Assembly (NCBI GenBank): GCA_031262525.1
Contig: JAISHM010000009.1
Coordinates: forward strand, 6,583 to 70,582
DNA from: Rickettsiales bacterium
GTDB taxonomy: Bacteria > Pseudomonadota > Alphaproteobacteria > Rs-D84
Direction of reading: 5' to 3'
Length of the DNA: 64,000 nucleotides
Part shown: in pieces, positions 29,518 to 39,213 of the stretch
Position numbering within the stretch: the stretch's first letter is position 1
Layout: each line of letters opens with the position of its first letter
Notes under the pieces: model-generated
Told to the model about the DNA's origin: nothing
The model's input: only the letters and a program-made list of their open reading frames with translations
The model's database searches: none
Program-made: the position numbers and the translations under genes

Positions 29518-31238
29518 ATTGCTATATCCTCTAAAACGAATTGCACAGATTTATTTCCATTATAATCATTTTCTTTTAATCGTCCCAACATTTTTATTTT
29601 ACGATTTACATTTGCATCGTCCATTAAAAATTCACCAACATTTGTTTGGGTTAAATTAAATCCGACAAAATCCAGGGTACGCCCATCACTGCCCCGAACG
29701 CGCCCACGCAGATGCCCGCCATCACGTCCCATTGTTGTGGCATACATCAAAACACCACCATTTAATATCAGCATAGGTTCTGGATTTCCCTGACCGAATG
29801 GCGATAATGCCGACATTTTATTTACCAAACCCATATTTGCCGCAGACGCGTCCAGTTCCGCATCAGCGGTAATTATCTGTTCGGTCGCGCCATCACCCAG
29901 TTGTGTGCGCACCGCGCTTTCTACAAATTCGCAAAAATTATTAAATTTATCCGAGTTTAATGAAAATCCCGCCGCCACAGAATGCCCGCCACCCTCGGTC
30001 AAAATCCCAGCGGTCAATGCATCATGAATTATTTTCCCTAGGTCTATGTCCTCTGTGCTGCGCCCACTGCCGTTTATTTTATCATCAACGCGTGTCGCAA
30101 CCATTGTCGGCATATTATATTTATCCTTTAAACGCCCTGCGATAATTCCCATAACCCCACAATGCCAATCATCACCACACAATAACAAACTCTTTTTCCC
30201 AGACGACACACAATTATTCGCCATATCGGTTGCCGCCAACATAATCTGGTTTTGTATTTCCATTCGTTCAGCGTTCATTACATTTAATTTATCTGCCAAA
30301 TCATTCGCAATTAAAATGTTATCCGTCAGCAACAATTCCAACGCAGGGGCCGCCGAATCCAGTCGCCCCGCCGCATTCAAGCGCGGTCCCAGTGCAAAAC
30401 CCGCCGCATATACCGATGCAGATTTTACCTTTGCAACACGCATCAGCGCGGACAATCCTATATTTTTTCGTAAATCCAAAATACGTAATCCTGTTGCAAC
30501 AAACGCGCGATTTAACCCAATCAGCGGCATAGTATCGCAAATCGTTCCCAATGCCACCAAATCCAATAAATCCATCAAATCCAAATCAACATTTATTTCA
30601 CGCGCCCGCAATTCACGATTTAATGCAACCAAAAACATAAACGCAACACCAACCCCCGCCAAATAATTTAATCCCGATTCGTCGTCAGTGCGTTTTGGGT
30701 CAATTACAGCGTCTGCATCTGGAATTTTATTATCGGGGTTATGATGGTCGGTTATAACAACATCCATCCCCAGTTCTTTGGCACGTTGAACCTCATTCAC
30801 TCCGCTGATACCGCAATCCACAGACAGCAATACACCTGCGCCATCTGCGGCAAATTTTTCTATGGCGTTTATGTTCAGACCATAACCCTCACCCTCGCGG
30901 TCTGGCAAATGCCACATAACACCCGCGCCACATGCGCGCAAGAATTTAACCATAATCGCGGTTGATGTAATCCCATCAACATCATAATCCCCAAAAACCG
31001 CAACCTTTTTCCCAGATACAATCGCATCAGCCACAACAACGACCCCACGCTGCATATCGCGCAGAACGAACGGGTCCGGCATATAATCCTTAATCTTTGG
31101 GTCCAGAAATTTTTGTACATCTGTATCAGATACAATCCCACGACTGCATAAAATTTGTTTTAATAAATCCGAATCGCAATTATTATCTGATAATGCCCAC
31201 ACACGCCCCATTACCGAGCGTTCTACTATCTTTTTCAT
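29514..31238 (-). CDS. recJ: Single-stranded-DNA-specific exonuclease RecJ
   Basis: It has DHH motifs (VFGDYDVDGITS, VITDHH), a DHHA1 GGGH motif, and a C-terminal OB-fold domain. Confidence 0.9.
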   Translation of the reverse strand: MKKIVERSVMGRVWALSDNNCDSDLLKQILCSRGIVSDTDVQKFLDPKIKDYMPDPFVLRDMQRGVVVVADAIVSGKKVAVFGDYDVDGITSTAIMVKFLRACGAGVMWHLPDREGEGYGLNINAIEKFAADGAGVLLSVDCGISGVNEVQRAKELGMDVVITDHHNPDNKIPDADAVIDPKRTDDESGLNYLAGVGVAFMFLVALNRELRAREINVDLDLMDLLDLVALGTICDTMPLIGLNRAFVATGLRILDLRKNIGLSALMRVAKVKSASVYAAGFALGPRLNAAGRLDSAAPALELLLTDNILIANDLADKLNVMNAERMEIQNQIMLAATDMANNCVSSGKKSLLLCGDDWHCGVMGIIAGRLKDKYNMPTMVATRVDDKINGSGRSTEDIDLGKIIHDALTAGILTEGGGHSVAAGFSLNSDKFNNFCEFVESAVRTQLGDGATEQIITADAELDASAANMGLVNKMSALSPFGQGNPEPMLILNGGVLMYATTMGRDGGHLRGRVRGSDGRTLDFVGFNLTQTNVGEFLMDDANVNRKIKMLGRLKENDYNGNKSVQFVLEDIAI

Positions 31239-31282
31239 ATCTTTCTATCTTTTTTTTATTATCAGAACTATTTTACATTTTA

Positions 31283-32947
31283 TTATTGAAAAAGCAAAGG
31301 CATAATACCATCCATTATTGCGCCCGCTGTTGGCGCGGCATTCATACTGGCGGTCCGCAATCCCCATGTTTCTTTTATTCCCTGTGGTTCGTCCAATACA
31401 ACCATCATAATATATTGCGGAGATTCAATTGGAAATACCGCCGTAAAGGATGTTAAATTTCGCGACCGGTCAATTTTTCCACCAACTCTTTTTTCCGCAG
31501 TCGCTGTTTTTCCACCGATATTTATACCCGCAACGCGCGCGCTTTTACCGCCAGATACTTCGGAAATACGCAACATTATTTTACGAATTTCATCTGATAC
31601 CTCGGGTGAAACAACCCGCCTACCATAAATTTTTCCAACCGGACGTTTCAGAATTGTAGGGGAAACATAAAAACCCGTTACAACCGAATTCACCGCCAAC
31701 AATACATGCATCGGCGTCGCAGAAATTCCATGTCCGAACGACACCGTAGCGCGCTCCACAGGTCCCCATTTTCGTGGCATTCCTGGGCGTTCGGTCCGAC
31801 CAAACTCCAAACTCAGTGGCTTGTCCAGATTTACGCGCTCGAAAAATTCAGGTTGCGCATCAGATGGCAAATCACGCGCAATCTGGACACTGCCGACATT
31901 GCACGAATACAACATTATTTCATCTGGCGTCATATAGGGATGTAATTTTGTCGTTTTTTTCAGACTTTGCACATCACGAATAGTTGTCGCCGTGCGTCCA
32001 AATTTGTCAGGGATTTTATAAGGCTCGTCCACAAAGTATTTTTTTGTTATTCCATTTTCAATTGCCATTGCTGTATTAAAAATTTTATAAACCGAGCCCA
32101 TTTCATAAACGCCGCGAATTGGGTAAAACATACGATTTTGGATTGAATCCGCATTTCTATCTTCGGGGTCAAAGTCCGGAAGCGATAACATCGCAATCAT
32201 TTCCCCAGTGCGCGAATTCATCAACATCCCCATCGCCGCACGCGCACCGAACTTATGCATTGCACCCGACAATTCACGATAAAATACGGACTGGACACGC
32301 GAATCTATGGACAGGGCCAACGCACCGGAATTTTCCGAAAGATATTTATCACGCGTTCTCTCTATTCCCTCTAACCCGTGCAAATCATTTCCAACAAATC
32401 CAACAATATGCGACATCAAACGGCGTTTTGGATACAAACGACGTTCTGTTTCTTCAACCTCGAACCCCTCAATCCGCGAGGCTTTTACTGCGGCGCGTTG
32501 CTCATCAGACGCGTATTTTTTCAAATACACAAATTTGCGCCCGCCCCGAATAGAATTTAATGCATCCGCAACCGATATTTCCGGAATTATATTGTGAATT
32601 GTGTTTGCCGCAAAGTCAAAGTCTGCAATCTTTTGTGGTCGTAATGTAATATGACCAGATGTGATATTTTTTGCCAAAATATCACCATTTCTATCCACTA
32701 TATCTGCGCGCGTCGCCCCCCAAGAATTATTACCGACACCTGTGCGTGTGCGGTCTGTTCCCTCTATCCCCAAAAACAAAGTCCGCGCAATAAAAATAAT
32801 TATCGCAATTACAAACAGACCATAAATAATTTGCAACCTTGACCGAGCGGCGCCAGTCCCCCCACGCGTTCCACCATATTGCAAAATATCGGTTCCAACA
32901 TTAAACATCTGTATTTGGTGCCTCTTGAATCGGGATATCAACGACAT
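31283..32947 (-). CDS. ftsI: Peptidoglycan D,D-transpeptidase FtsI (PBP3)
   Basis: It has an N-terminal TM helix, a PBP dimerisation domain, and a transpeptidase domain with SVYK (SxxK) and KTG(T/A) motifs. Confidence 0.8.
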   Translation of the reverse strand: MSLISRFKRHQIQMFNVGTDILQYGGTRGGTGAARSRLQIIYGLFVIAIIIFIARTLFLGIEGTDRTRTGVGNNSWGATRADIVDRNGDILAKNITSGHITLRPQKIADFDFAANTIHNIIPEISVADALNSIRGGRKFVYLKKYASDEQRAAVKASRIEGFEVEETERRLYPKRRLMSHIVGFVGNDLHGLEGIERTRDKYLSENSGALALSIDSRVQSVFYRELSGAMHKFGARAAMGMLMNSRTGEMIAMLSLPDFDPEDRNADSIQNRMFYPIRGVYEMGSVYKIFNTAMAIENGITKKYFVDEPYKIPDKFGRTATTIRDVQSLKKTTKLHPYMTPDEIMLYSCNVGSVQIARDLPSDAQPEFFERVNLDKPLSLEFGRTERPGMPRKWGPVERATVSFGHGISATPMHVLLAVNSVVTGFYVSPTILKRPVGKIYGRRVVSPEVSDEIRKIMLRISEVSGGKSARVAGINIGGKTATAEKRVGGKIDRSRNLTSFTAVFPIESPQYIMMVVLDEPQGIKETWGLRTASMNAAPTAGAIMDGIMPLLFQ

Positions 32948-33206
32948 TTATATTTTTCTTGAACCCAATAGATTCGTAATTTTGATACACAGATGCAACG
33001 CGCGCACGCAAAACATCAGGACGCACCATAGTGGATAAAACCGCCTGGGCCTGGGCTGTTTCTTGTTGTGTCTTTACTATATTCGCATTTATCCGTGCCA
33101 TAGAGCGACTTTGCGCGCGATAGCATACCTGTAATACAATGCCGATTACAAACATTGCAACAACCAGCCCCACACCTATTCTGAAGACCCGTTCATCATT
33201 ATTCAT
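32901..33206 (-). CDS. ftsL: Cell-division protein FtsL-like
   Basis: A 101 aa single-TM protein immediately upstream of ftsI and overlapping it; this is the alphaproteobacterial FtsL position. Confidence 0.45.
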   Translation of the reverse strand: MNNDERVFRIGVGLVVAMFVIGIVLQVCYRAQSRSMARINANIVKTQQETAQAQAVLSTMVRPDVLRARVASVYQNYESIGFKKNINVVDIPIQEAPNTDV

Positions 33207-33579
33207 TTGCGCCCATTATATCATAATTTTCTAAAAAATTTATCACGGACGATACCCCATTTATACGCCCTGTCCCCAGATTTAATTTCAGCGAATTAAA
33301 TTCATCCGATAAATTTTTTATTCCATCGTTTTTCATTGCAATAATTATCCAAACCAATCCCCGCACCAAAACCGAATCCGCATCGCCATAAAAACCATTC
33401 TTATCCTTGCAAATTATTACACGCGAAGCGCAACCTGAAATCTCTGTGCACGCAGTGTTTATTAGTGTTAAAGAATTTTGGTGTCCAATTTCCATAACAT
33501 ATTCCAGACGCATTAAATCGTCCGTCATTGTATCCATAACTGATTTTATTTCTGCATATTTCATCTCACCAACCGCCAT
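33199..33579 (-). CDS. sufE: Cysteine desulfuration protein SufE
   Basis: It has the SufE motifs, including the active-site Cys in EISGCAS and VRGLVWI. Confidence 0.7.
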   Translation of the reverse strand: MAVGEMKYAEIKSVMDTMTDDLMRLEYVMEIGHQNSLTLINTACTEISGCASRVIICKDKNGFYGDADSVLVRGLVWIIIAMKNDGIKNLSDEFNSLKLNLGTGRINGVSSVINFLENYDIMGANE

Positions 33580-33874
33580 CTGTTAAATCCAGTTCTATAC
33601 GCGCCGCGTTCGTCATACGCGAAATATCCCATGCGGGCGACCAAACCAATTCCACATCAACCGACTTTACATCTTGAACCGCGCCAACCGCGACGCGCAC
33701 CATTTGTAAAATTTCTTCGGACATAGGGCATGTTGGACTGGTCATTGTCATCTGGATATTCACGGCATTATCGTCCATAATTTTTATATCGTAAATCAAC
33801 CCCAGGTCCCAAACATTCACGGGAATTTCTGGGTCAAAAACCATCTTTAATGCAGCAATAATTTTATCATTCAT
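33566..33874 (-). CDS. sufT: Fe-S assembly protein SufT (DUF59/MIP18 family)
   Basis: It has LKMVFDPEIPVNVWDLGLIY and TMTSPTCP, which are DUF59 hallmarks. Confidence 0.65.
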   Translation of the reverse strand: MNDKIIAALKMVFDPEIPVNVWDLGLIYDIKIMDDNAVNIQMTMTSPTCPMSEEILQMVRVAVGAVQDVKSVDVELVWSPAWDISRMTNAARIELDLTDGGW

Positions 33875-34911
33875 AATTGTAAAATCTTTTTTATAATTTG
33901 GACAACTATCTTTACTTCATCTATTGTATTCCATGCCCCCAGTGATAAACGCACACTGCCCGAGATTCCCAAACGCTGATGCAAAAAAGATGCGCACATA
34001 TTTCCGACACGCACACATACCCCATTCGCGCCCAACAGAGCCCCAACATCAAATACATTCATACCATCAACATAAAAACTGATAATAGATGAGCCACGCG
34101 AAGAAATCAGTTTAATCCGCGGCATTTGTTCTAACTCTTGATACAAAACATTTGTTAAATCCTGCACATATTTGCGCATTTCGTCTGTATTTTCTTTTAA
34201 CGCGGCGGGTAATCCCATAATCTGGGTCAGCGGCAGGGTTCCAGCCTCGAAAGCGGCGGGTCCCATACCATTAAATTGTCCGCCACCAACGCGGTCGGAA
34301 ATCCACTTATCCGGTTCGCGCAAATATAAAACCCCAAGGCCCGTATCCGCGCCAATTTTATGCGCAGAAAATACCAGCGCATCACACCCCATTTTTTTTA
34401 CATCTATTTGTTTATGTGGTGCCAACGCCGCCGCATCAACAATTATAATTTTATTCGGGTCCCGTGGAATCCTGTTTTCAGAACCCAAAACATTTGACAT
34501 AGCCGTAATAACCGCCGCATCACATTCTGGCAAATTTTTATAATCAAAATTATCGTCTAGTTCACATAAAATAGTCTTACACTTTTTTGCAAAAGGCAAT
34601 CGCGCCGAATGATGGTCAATATCGGATACTGCCACAACCGAATCGGGGGGCAACATATTCGCCAAACGATTTAGCCCATCGGTTGCGCCCGATGTAAAAA
34701 TAATCTGATGTGCTTTTGCGCCAATAAAATTTGCGACCGACGCGCGCGCTGCTTCCAATGCATTATCAACAGCATTCGCGCGCGAACACACGCCCCGCCC
34801 CGCATTAGCGTACCCATCGCGCAAAAATTCGGTTTGCGCCGCAATCACAGATTCAGATTTTAACGCACTGGCGGCAGAATCTATATAAATGATTTTATTC
34901 CCGTTTGTCAA
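33871..34911 (-). CDS. sufS: Cysteine desulfurase (class V aminotransferase, SufS/IscS-like short form)
   Basis: It has a PLP-lysine context (SAHKIGADTGLGVLY) and an aminotransferase class V fold. It forms an operon with sufT and sufE. Confidence 0.7.
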   Translation of the reverse strand: MTNGNKIIYIDSAASALKSESVIAAQTEFLRDGYANAGRGVCSRANAVDNALEAARASVANFIGAKAHQIIFTSGATDGLNRLANMLPPDSVVAVSDIDHHSARLPFAKKCKTILCELDDNFDYKNLPECDAAVITAMSNVLGSENRIPRDPNKIIIVDAAALAPHKQIDVKKMGCDALVFSAHKIGADTGLGVLYLREPDKWISDRVGGGQFNGMGPAAFEAGTLPLTQIMGLPAALKENTDEMRKYVQDLTNVLYQELEQMPRIKLISSRGSSIISFYVDGMNVFDVGALLGANGVCVRVGNMCASFLHQRLGISGSVRLSLGAWNTIDEVKIVVQIIKKILQL

Positions 34912-34981
34912 TTTACGATTATCCTTGCTTTTTATGGGGTTATTATACTATTCTTTTCCGACAAATCAACCAAAGGGGAAA

Positions 34982-35302
34982 ATGATGGCATTATCACACG
35001 CAAACGATGAAAATTTTAATAGTTTAACTGCGAATGGTTTAGTACTAGTAGATTTTTGGGCATCTTGGTGCGGTCCTTGTCGTATGTTTGGACCAATTTT
35101 TGAATCGTCTAGCGAAAAATTTACTGATGTAAAATTTGTAAAATTCGAAATTGACGAGGGGAATAAACGCATACCCGCGACATACGGGATTCGTTCTATA
35201 CCATCAGTATTGGCGTTTGTTGATGGGGAATTAAAGGAAGTCCGCACAGGTCTGATGGACGAAGATACACTGGCGGATTGGATTCGCGAATTAAAAGGAT
35301 AA
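34982..35302 (+). CDS. trxA: Thioredoxin
   Basis: It has the WCGPC active site. The start is reassigned to the internal ATG (MMALSH...), since the track ORF N-terminal extension is non-homologous. Confidence 0.85.
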   Translation: MMALSHANDENFNSLTANGLVLVDFWASWCGPCRMFGPIFESSSEKFTDVKFVKFEIDEGNKRIPATYGIRSIPSVLAFVDGELKEVRTGLMDEDTLADWIRELKG

Positions 35303-35305
35303 AAA

Positions 35306-35737
35306 ATGGTAAAAAATTACAAAGCAATTGTATTGGACCCAAAATACACACCAAAGAAAACAGAAAAATATATGTCCGAAGAACAAAAGGCATATTTTTA
35401 TCAGTTATTAAATGCACAACGTGCAGAATTATTATCTGCCATAGATGAATATATGAATGATTTATCGGAAAGCACGAACATTGACGCAATGGACGGCGCC
35501 AATGACGAGGGTGACGATTCAACCGCTATACAATCATCGGATATGTTGCAAAAAATGATTGGGCGCAATCGTAATGCGGTTGGTTTAATTGACAATGCGT
35601 TGGACAGATTGGAAAACGGAACATACGGGTTCAGTGTCTTATCCAACGAAGAAATCGGATTAAAGCGTTTAATGGCTCGTCCATTGGCGACACTGACCAC
35701 CGCTGAACAAGAAGAACACGAACACGCCGAAATATAA
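35306..35737 (+). CDS. dksA: DksA/TraR-family RNA polymerase-binding factor with a Cys-less zinc-finger region
   Basis: It has a coiled-coil with acidic-tip aspartates (DAMDGANDEGDD). The C-terminal GTYGFSVLSNEEIGLKRLMARPLATL aligns with the DksA C4 finger, but all four Cys are replaced. Confidence 0.55.
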   Translation: MVKNYKAIVLDPKYTPKKTEKYMSEEQKAYFYQLLNAQRAELLSAIDEYMNDLSESTNIDAMDGANDEGDDSTAIQSSDMLQKMIGRNRNAVGLIDNALDRLENGTYGFSVLSNEEIGLKRLMARPLATLTTAEQEEHEHAEI

Positions 35738-35740
35738 TAA

Positions 35741-35771
35741 TAAAAATGGCGCATTGCGCCATTTTTATTTA
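35741..35771. terminator. Rho-independent terminator, bidirectional
   Basis: The hairpin ATGGCGCATTGCGCCAT is followed by TTTTATTT. Confidence 0.6.
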
Positions 35772-36410
35772 TACAAAAAACAGAATTTGTTTTACAGCAT
35801 CTGGGTGTAATTTTTTCACCAACCGCCAAACACCTTCTATTTGTTTTGGCGCGGACGAAAAAATATGTAATTCGCGGGCGGGCGAAAAATTTTCAGCCAT
35901 CAACATTCCATAAAAATTTGCGATATCCACGTCTTTATCAGACAAAACTAAACCCTGTCCCGCGCCGTCTATATCATTTATATCCGCACATCTTGTGCCC
36001 CACCCAATTGGGGGTATCGCGGATATATCGGACACAAAAACAGCGCCATGATTAAAAAACAAATCTGGGGCCACAGGTTTTAATTCTGTCGTCAATTTAC
36101 CTAAAACATCTGGTGCTACAAAGATATGAACTCCATACGCCCCCGCGCGATACATCGAATAAATATCGCCAACAACCTGTTTAATATCAAAATCCTGGGG
36201 CACGACATATCGCGACCATATTTTAACATTTGATTTTTCCAGCCAGCGCCACATTTGGGATGTTGTATCATACGCGACCGATACAGCACGCGCACCAGCG
36301 CCGATTGCGCGGTCCGCAGAAAAAGCACAACCCCGTGAATCCATCGCGTCATCACACAACAACGCAATGTTATTTTTTACTTCTAAGAAAATATCAGAAT
36401 AATCTATCAT
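35769..36410 (-). CDS. Hypothetical protein
   Basis: A 213 aa ORF with good coding character and no confidently recognised domain. Confidence 0.4.
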   Translation of the reverse strand: MIDYSDIFLEVKNNIALLCDDAMDSRGCAFSADRAIGAGARAVSVAYDTTSQMWRWLEKSNVKIWSRYVVPQDFDIKQVVGDIYSMYRAGAYGVHIFVAPDVLGKLTTELKPVAPDLFFNHGAVFVSDISAIPPIGWGTRCADINDIDGAGQGLVLSDKDVDIANFYGMLMAENFSPARELHIFSSAPKQIEGVWRLVKKLHPDAVKQILFFV

Positions 36411-36455
36411 TTTATTATTACTAGTTTATCATATTTTTGGTATAATTATCTGGTT

Positions 36456-37433
36456 ATGAGAAAAAAATTTAATATCTTACTGATTGACCTGTTGTGGATT
36501 GTGGCGATTGCTCTGTTCGCATCTTTTTGGTTTAACATTCGTTTTAATTTTAATATCTGGTCTGGCGCGCATTGGGAATACCTGTCTGCGGCCCAGTTAT
36601 CACCAACTGGGGTTGTATCATCTTTTTATATTTCTGGGATTGTGTTTGTGGCGTTATTTTTATTTGGTATATTTATAATCAACCACCCACGTAATTCTGG
36701 GATACGCGCAAATAAAGCAGATTCACCCGCAACCGAATTGCATGCGCCACTACCAAATAATTTACAGCCATTGGGGATTGACCCGAATTATTCCCCATTA
36801 CCTTCGGCACCTGTATTACCACGTCCGCCGCGTATTCTAAACTCAATCAACGCACCGATACCACCGCGCAACCCAAGCACTCCGATTGCGGCCCCCATAC
36901 CCACAACACCAGATAATACAGAAGTAATAAATTCAGAACTGGAAAATCTGTTTTCATCATTGAATTATATGGTGGTGCGCCCCCTGCCCCGAATCAGCGG
37001 GCAACAATATAATATGTTTGCACTGGGCAATAATGAGGTTATGTATCTGGGGCTGTATGATTTACACACCGGGAATATAACTGCGGGCGATTCGTTAGAC
37101 GCGCAATGGACTGATGAGATGGGTTATAAATTTAATAGCCCTGTTAAAATAATGGCGAATGCTTTACATAAAATACGCGATATGATTTCCAAAACACTGG
37201 ATGACGAGATAAAAATACAAATAAATGGTTTTATTGTTATGAATAACACCAGCATAACAAACATAGGAATCGCAAATCAACTGGGCCGGGACGCAAATAT
37301 ATCTGTGTATAACTCGGTTGATGAATTGCGCAATAATATCGCTATGAACACTGCACCTACAACACCAGACGCATCAGAGACATTCGTATCATACACAGAA
37401 TATATGACGACACTGGTACAAACACTGACATAA
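36456..37433 (+). CDS. Membrane-anchored Pro-rich protein with a C-terminal globular domain that may be NERD-like
   Basis: It has two N-terminal TM helices, a Pro-rich linker (PLPSAPVLPRPPRIL...), and a C-terminal roughly 170 aa domain. It is the first gene of a tight three-gene operon. Confidence 0.4.
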   Translation: MRKKFNILLIDLLWIVAIALFASFWFNIRFNFNIWSGAHWEYLSAAQLSPTGVVSSFYISGIVFVALFLFGIFIINHPRNSGIRANKADSPATELHAPLPNNLQPLGIDPNYSPLPSAPVLPRPPRILNSINAPIPPRNPSTPIAAPIPTTPDNTEVINSELENLFSSLNYMVVRPLPRISGQQYNMFALGNNEVMYLGLYDLHTGNITAGDSLDAQWTDEMGYKFNSPVKIMANALHKIRDMISKTLDDEIKIQINGFIVMNNTSITNIGIANQLGRDANISVYNSVDELRNNIAMNTAPTTPDASETFVSYTEYMTTLVQTLT

Positions 37434-37439
37434 AGAACA

Positions 37440-37952
37440 ATGCAACACACACAAACGACCGCTATTCGCAGACTATCTGAAATGTTTATGGATGATATCC
37501 CTGTAACCGAGGTCGCGGTAAAATCCAACATAACAATTCCAAACGATTGGTTCCAAACCTATATACGGGTTCGACGTGATTTTATGTCGTCTTTGTCTGA
37601 TTCTATCCCTGAATTAGCATTTATGAATCTGCCCCAGGATATTTTTATGGATTTGCTGATGGGGCGTAAGTTGCCACCAGATACATCATTGCGTTTTCGT
37701 ATTCCCTTGTGGTTGGGCGGCGAAATATCTGTGGATAATATGTTTATGACACGAACATTTCCAAACTCGCATAATCTGGATAGATTTATCATAGAGCAAT
37801 CAGGCGCTGCGACAATGTGGCTGCCGAATCCGGTTAAAAAGATTTATATTTCGGCGCATACTGCGGGCGGTGGCGACGGGGGAAATGCTACATCAGACAG
37901 ACTATCACAATTGGCGGCGGGCATAGTCGCATCAAACAGGGGGATGGAATGA
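37440..37952 (+). CDS. Hypothetical protein, second gene of the operon
   Basis: A 170 aa ORF starting 7 bp after the upstream stop. No recognisable domain. Confidence 0.4.
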   Translation: MQHTQTTAIRRLSEMFMDDIPVTEVAVKSNITIPNDWFQTYIRVRRDFMSSLSDSIPELAFMNLPQDIFMDLLMGRKLPPDTSLRFRIPLWLGGEISVDNMFMTRTFPNSHNLDRFIIEQSGAATMWLPNPVKKIYISAHTAGGGDGGNATSDRLSQLAAGIVASNRGME

Positions 37953-38392
37953 CAACCGACGAATTCTTATCCTGGGCAACGACCCGTGGCGTCAAATTAT
38001 TACCCAAAATACAAATGGGGGAAATTGCGTCTGCGAATTTGACTATACAGCATCAGCGTATTGCAATGATGCCGATTTCGCTGATGAACTTTTATCAAAA
38101 CATAGCGGGCGGTGCATATCTGGGAAACGCGTATATTTTTGGTATTGCTGACTCAAAGGAATCTGGACAAACAACCTATGAAATACCTGGGATTATATCT
38201 GTAAATCGTGAATTATCGGGATTACAGGCAGTAACAGGTCGCACTATTTTTGGGCGAAATGATTTGTTTTGGTTTGGTTTTGATGCCTTTGGAAAGTTTT
38301 ATATGTTAAATAATATAAATCTAAAACCTGTGCGACAATACGATGATTTATATCGTGCAATGACGGATTGCCTGGCGATTGGAAAAATATAA
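37949..38392 (+). CDS. Hypothetical protein, possibly SUKH/SMI1-KNR4-like and immunity-protein-like
   Basis: A 147 aa ORF whose start overlaps the upstream stop (ATGA). The sequence pattern KLLP...FYQNIAGG...IFGRNDLFWFGFDAFGKFY resembles the SUKH superfamily; this is from memory. Confidence 0.35.
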   Translation: MTTDEFLSWATTRGVKLLPKIQMGEIASANLTIQHQRIAMMPISLMNFYQNIAGGAYLGNAYIFGIADSKESGQTTYEIPGIISVNRELSGLQAVTGRTIFGRNDLFWFGFDAFGKFYMLNNINLKPVRQYDDLYRAMTDCLAIGKI

Positions 38393-38398
38393 CCTGCT

Positions 38399-38602
38399 AT
38401 GAAAAAACTCTCGGTAAATATATCTGGACACCAAACCTCTATCAGTATAGAACCAGAATTTATGGCGACATTACAAATTTTGGCGCGGCGACGCGGGGAA
38501 TCGGTCGCAAAAATAATCCATGACATTGACATGGTACGCGCACCGAATACAAATCTGTCCAGCGCGGTCCGTATATGGGTACTGCAACAAATGAAATTAT
38601 AA
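38399..38602 (+). CDS. Ribbon-helix-helix domain protein (RHH_4 family)
   Basis: NISGHQTSISIEPEFMATLQILARRRGESVAKIIHDIDMVRAPNTNLSSAVRIWVLQ matches the GHxTSxSLExxF...LSSAxRxxVL pattern of this alphaproteobacterial family. Confidence 0.65.
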   Translation: MKKLSVNISGHQTSISIEPEFMATLQILARRRGESVAKIIHDIDMVRAPNTNLSSAVRIWVLQQMKL

Positions 38603-38846
38603 ACTGGTGGTCAATACTGGTAATACGCGTTACACCAACGCTGACTATAACCCACAGCACAAACTCTACACTCTACACTCTGAAATCTGCGCCCCAGGAT
38701 TGTGATTTTTTGCCTGTGAAATCTTACCTAGGAATTTCAGTTGAATTATTTTATAAATTCAACTATAATTGAATAAAAGCCTAGGAAAAAGTTATTGTAA
38801 AAAATATACTTCCTGGCAAATGGTTAAAGCACAAAGGAGAAAAAGT

Positions 38847-39092
38847 ATGACACATAATAGCATCTGGGGCGCGATTGAAAAATTCGCGGCCGACCATAAT
38901 TTATCCTGTTCTGGGCTGGCCAAAAATAGCGGTCTGGACCCGACAACATTCAATAAATCCAAGCGTTGGAGCCGCGAGGGTCAGCCACGCTGGCCATCAA
39001 CCCAGTCTATTGCGAAAATCCTGTCTGCGACACATTCGGACATTTCAGAGTTTGCAAAATACCTGGGGTCAGATGCATCTGAACAAAGATAA
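38847..39092 (+). CDS. Helix-turn-helix transcriptional regulator (Cro/CI-like)
   Basis: The start is at the ATG at 38847, with AAGGAG 8 nt upstream. The motif IWGAIEKFAADHNLSCSGLAKNSGLDPTTFNKSKR...RWPSTQSIAKIL matches a conserved small alphaproteobacterial HTH family. Confidence 0.6.
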   Translation: MTHNSIWGAIEKFAADHNLSCSGLAKNSGLDPTTFNKSKRWSREGQPRWPSTQSIAKILSATHSDISEFAKYLGSDASEQR

Positions 39093-39095
39093 AAC

Positions 39096-39126
39096 ACCGA
39101 CCCATTCCAATGGGTCAGTTTTTTGA
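39096..39126 (+). terminator. Rho-independent terminator
   Basis: The hairpin GACCCATTCCAATGGGTC is followed by a T7 run. Confidence 0.6.
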
Positions 39127-39213
39127 TTATATAAAATAATTATATATTTTGATTGTTTAATATATACATTCCCTTATTGGTTGTATTTTCGCAAAATATA
39201 AAAATTTGATTTT

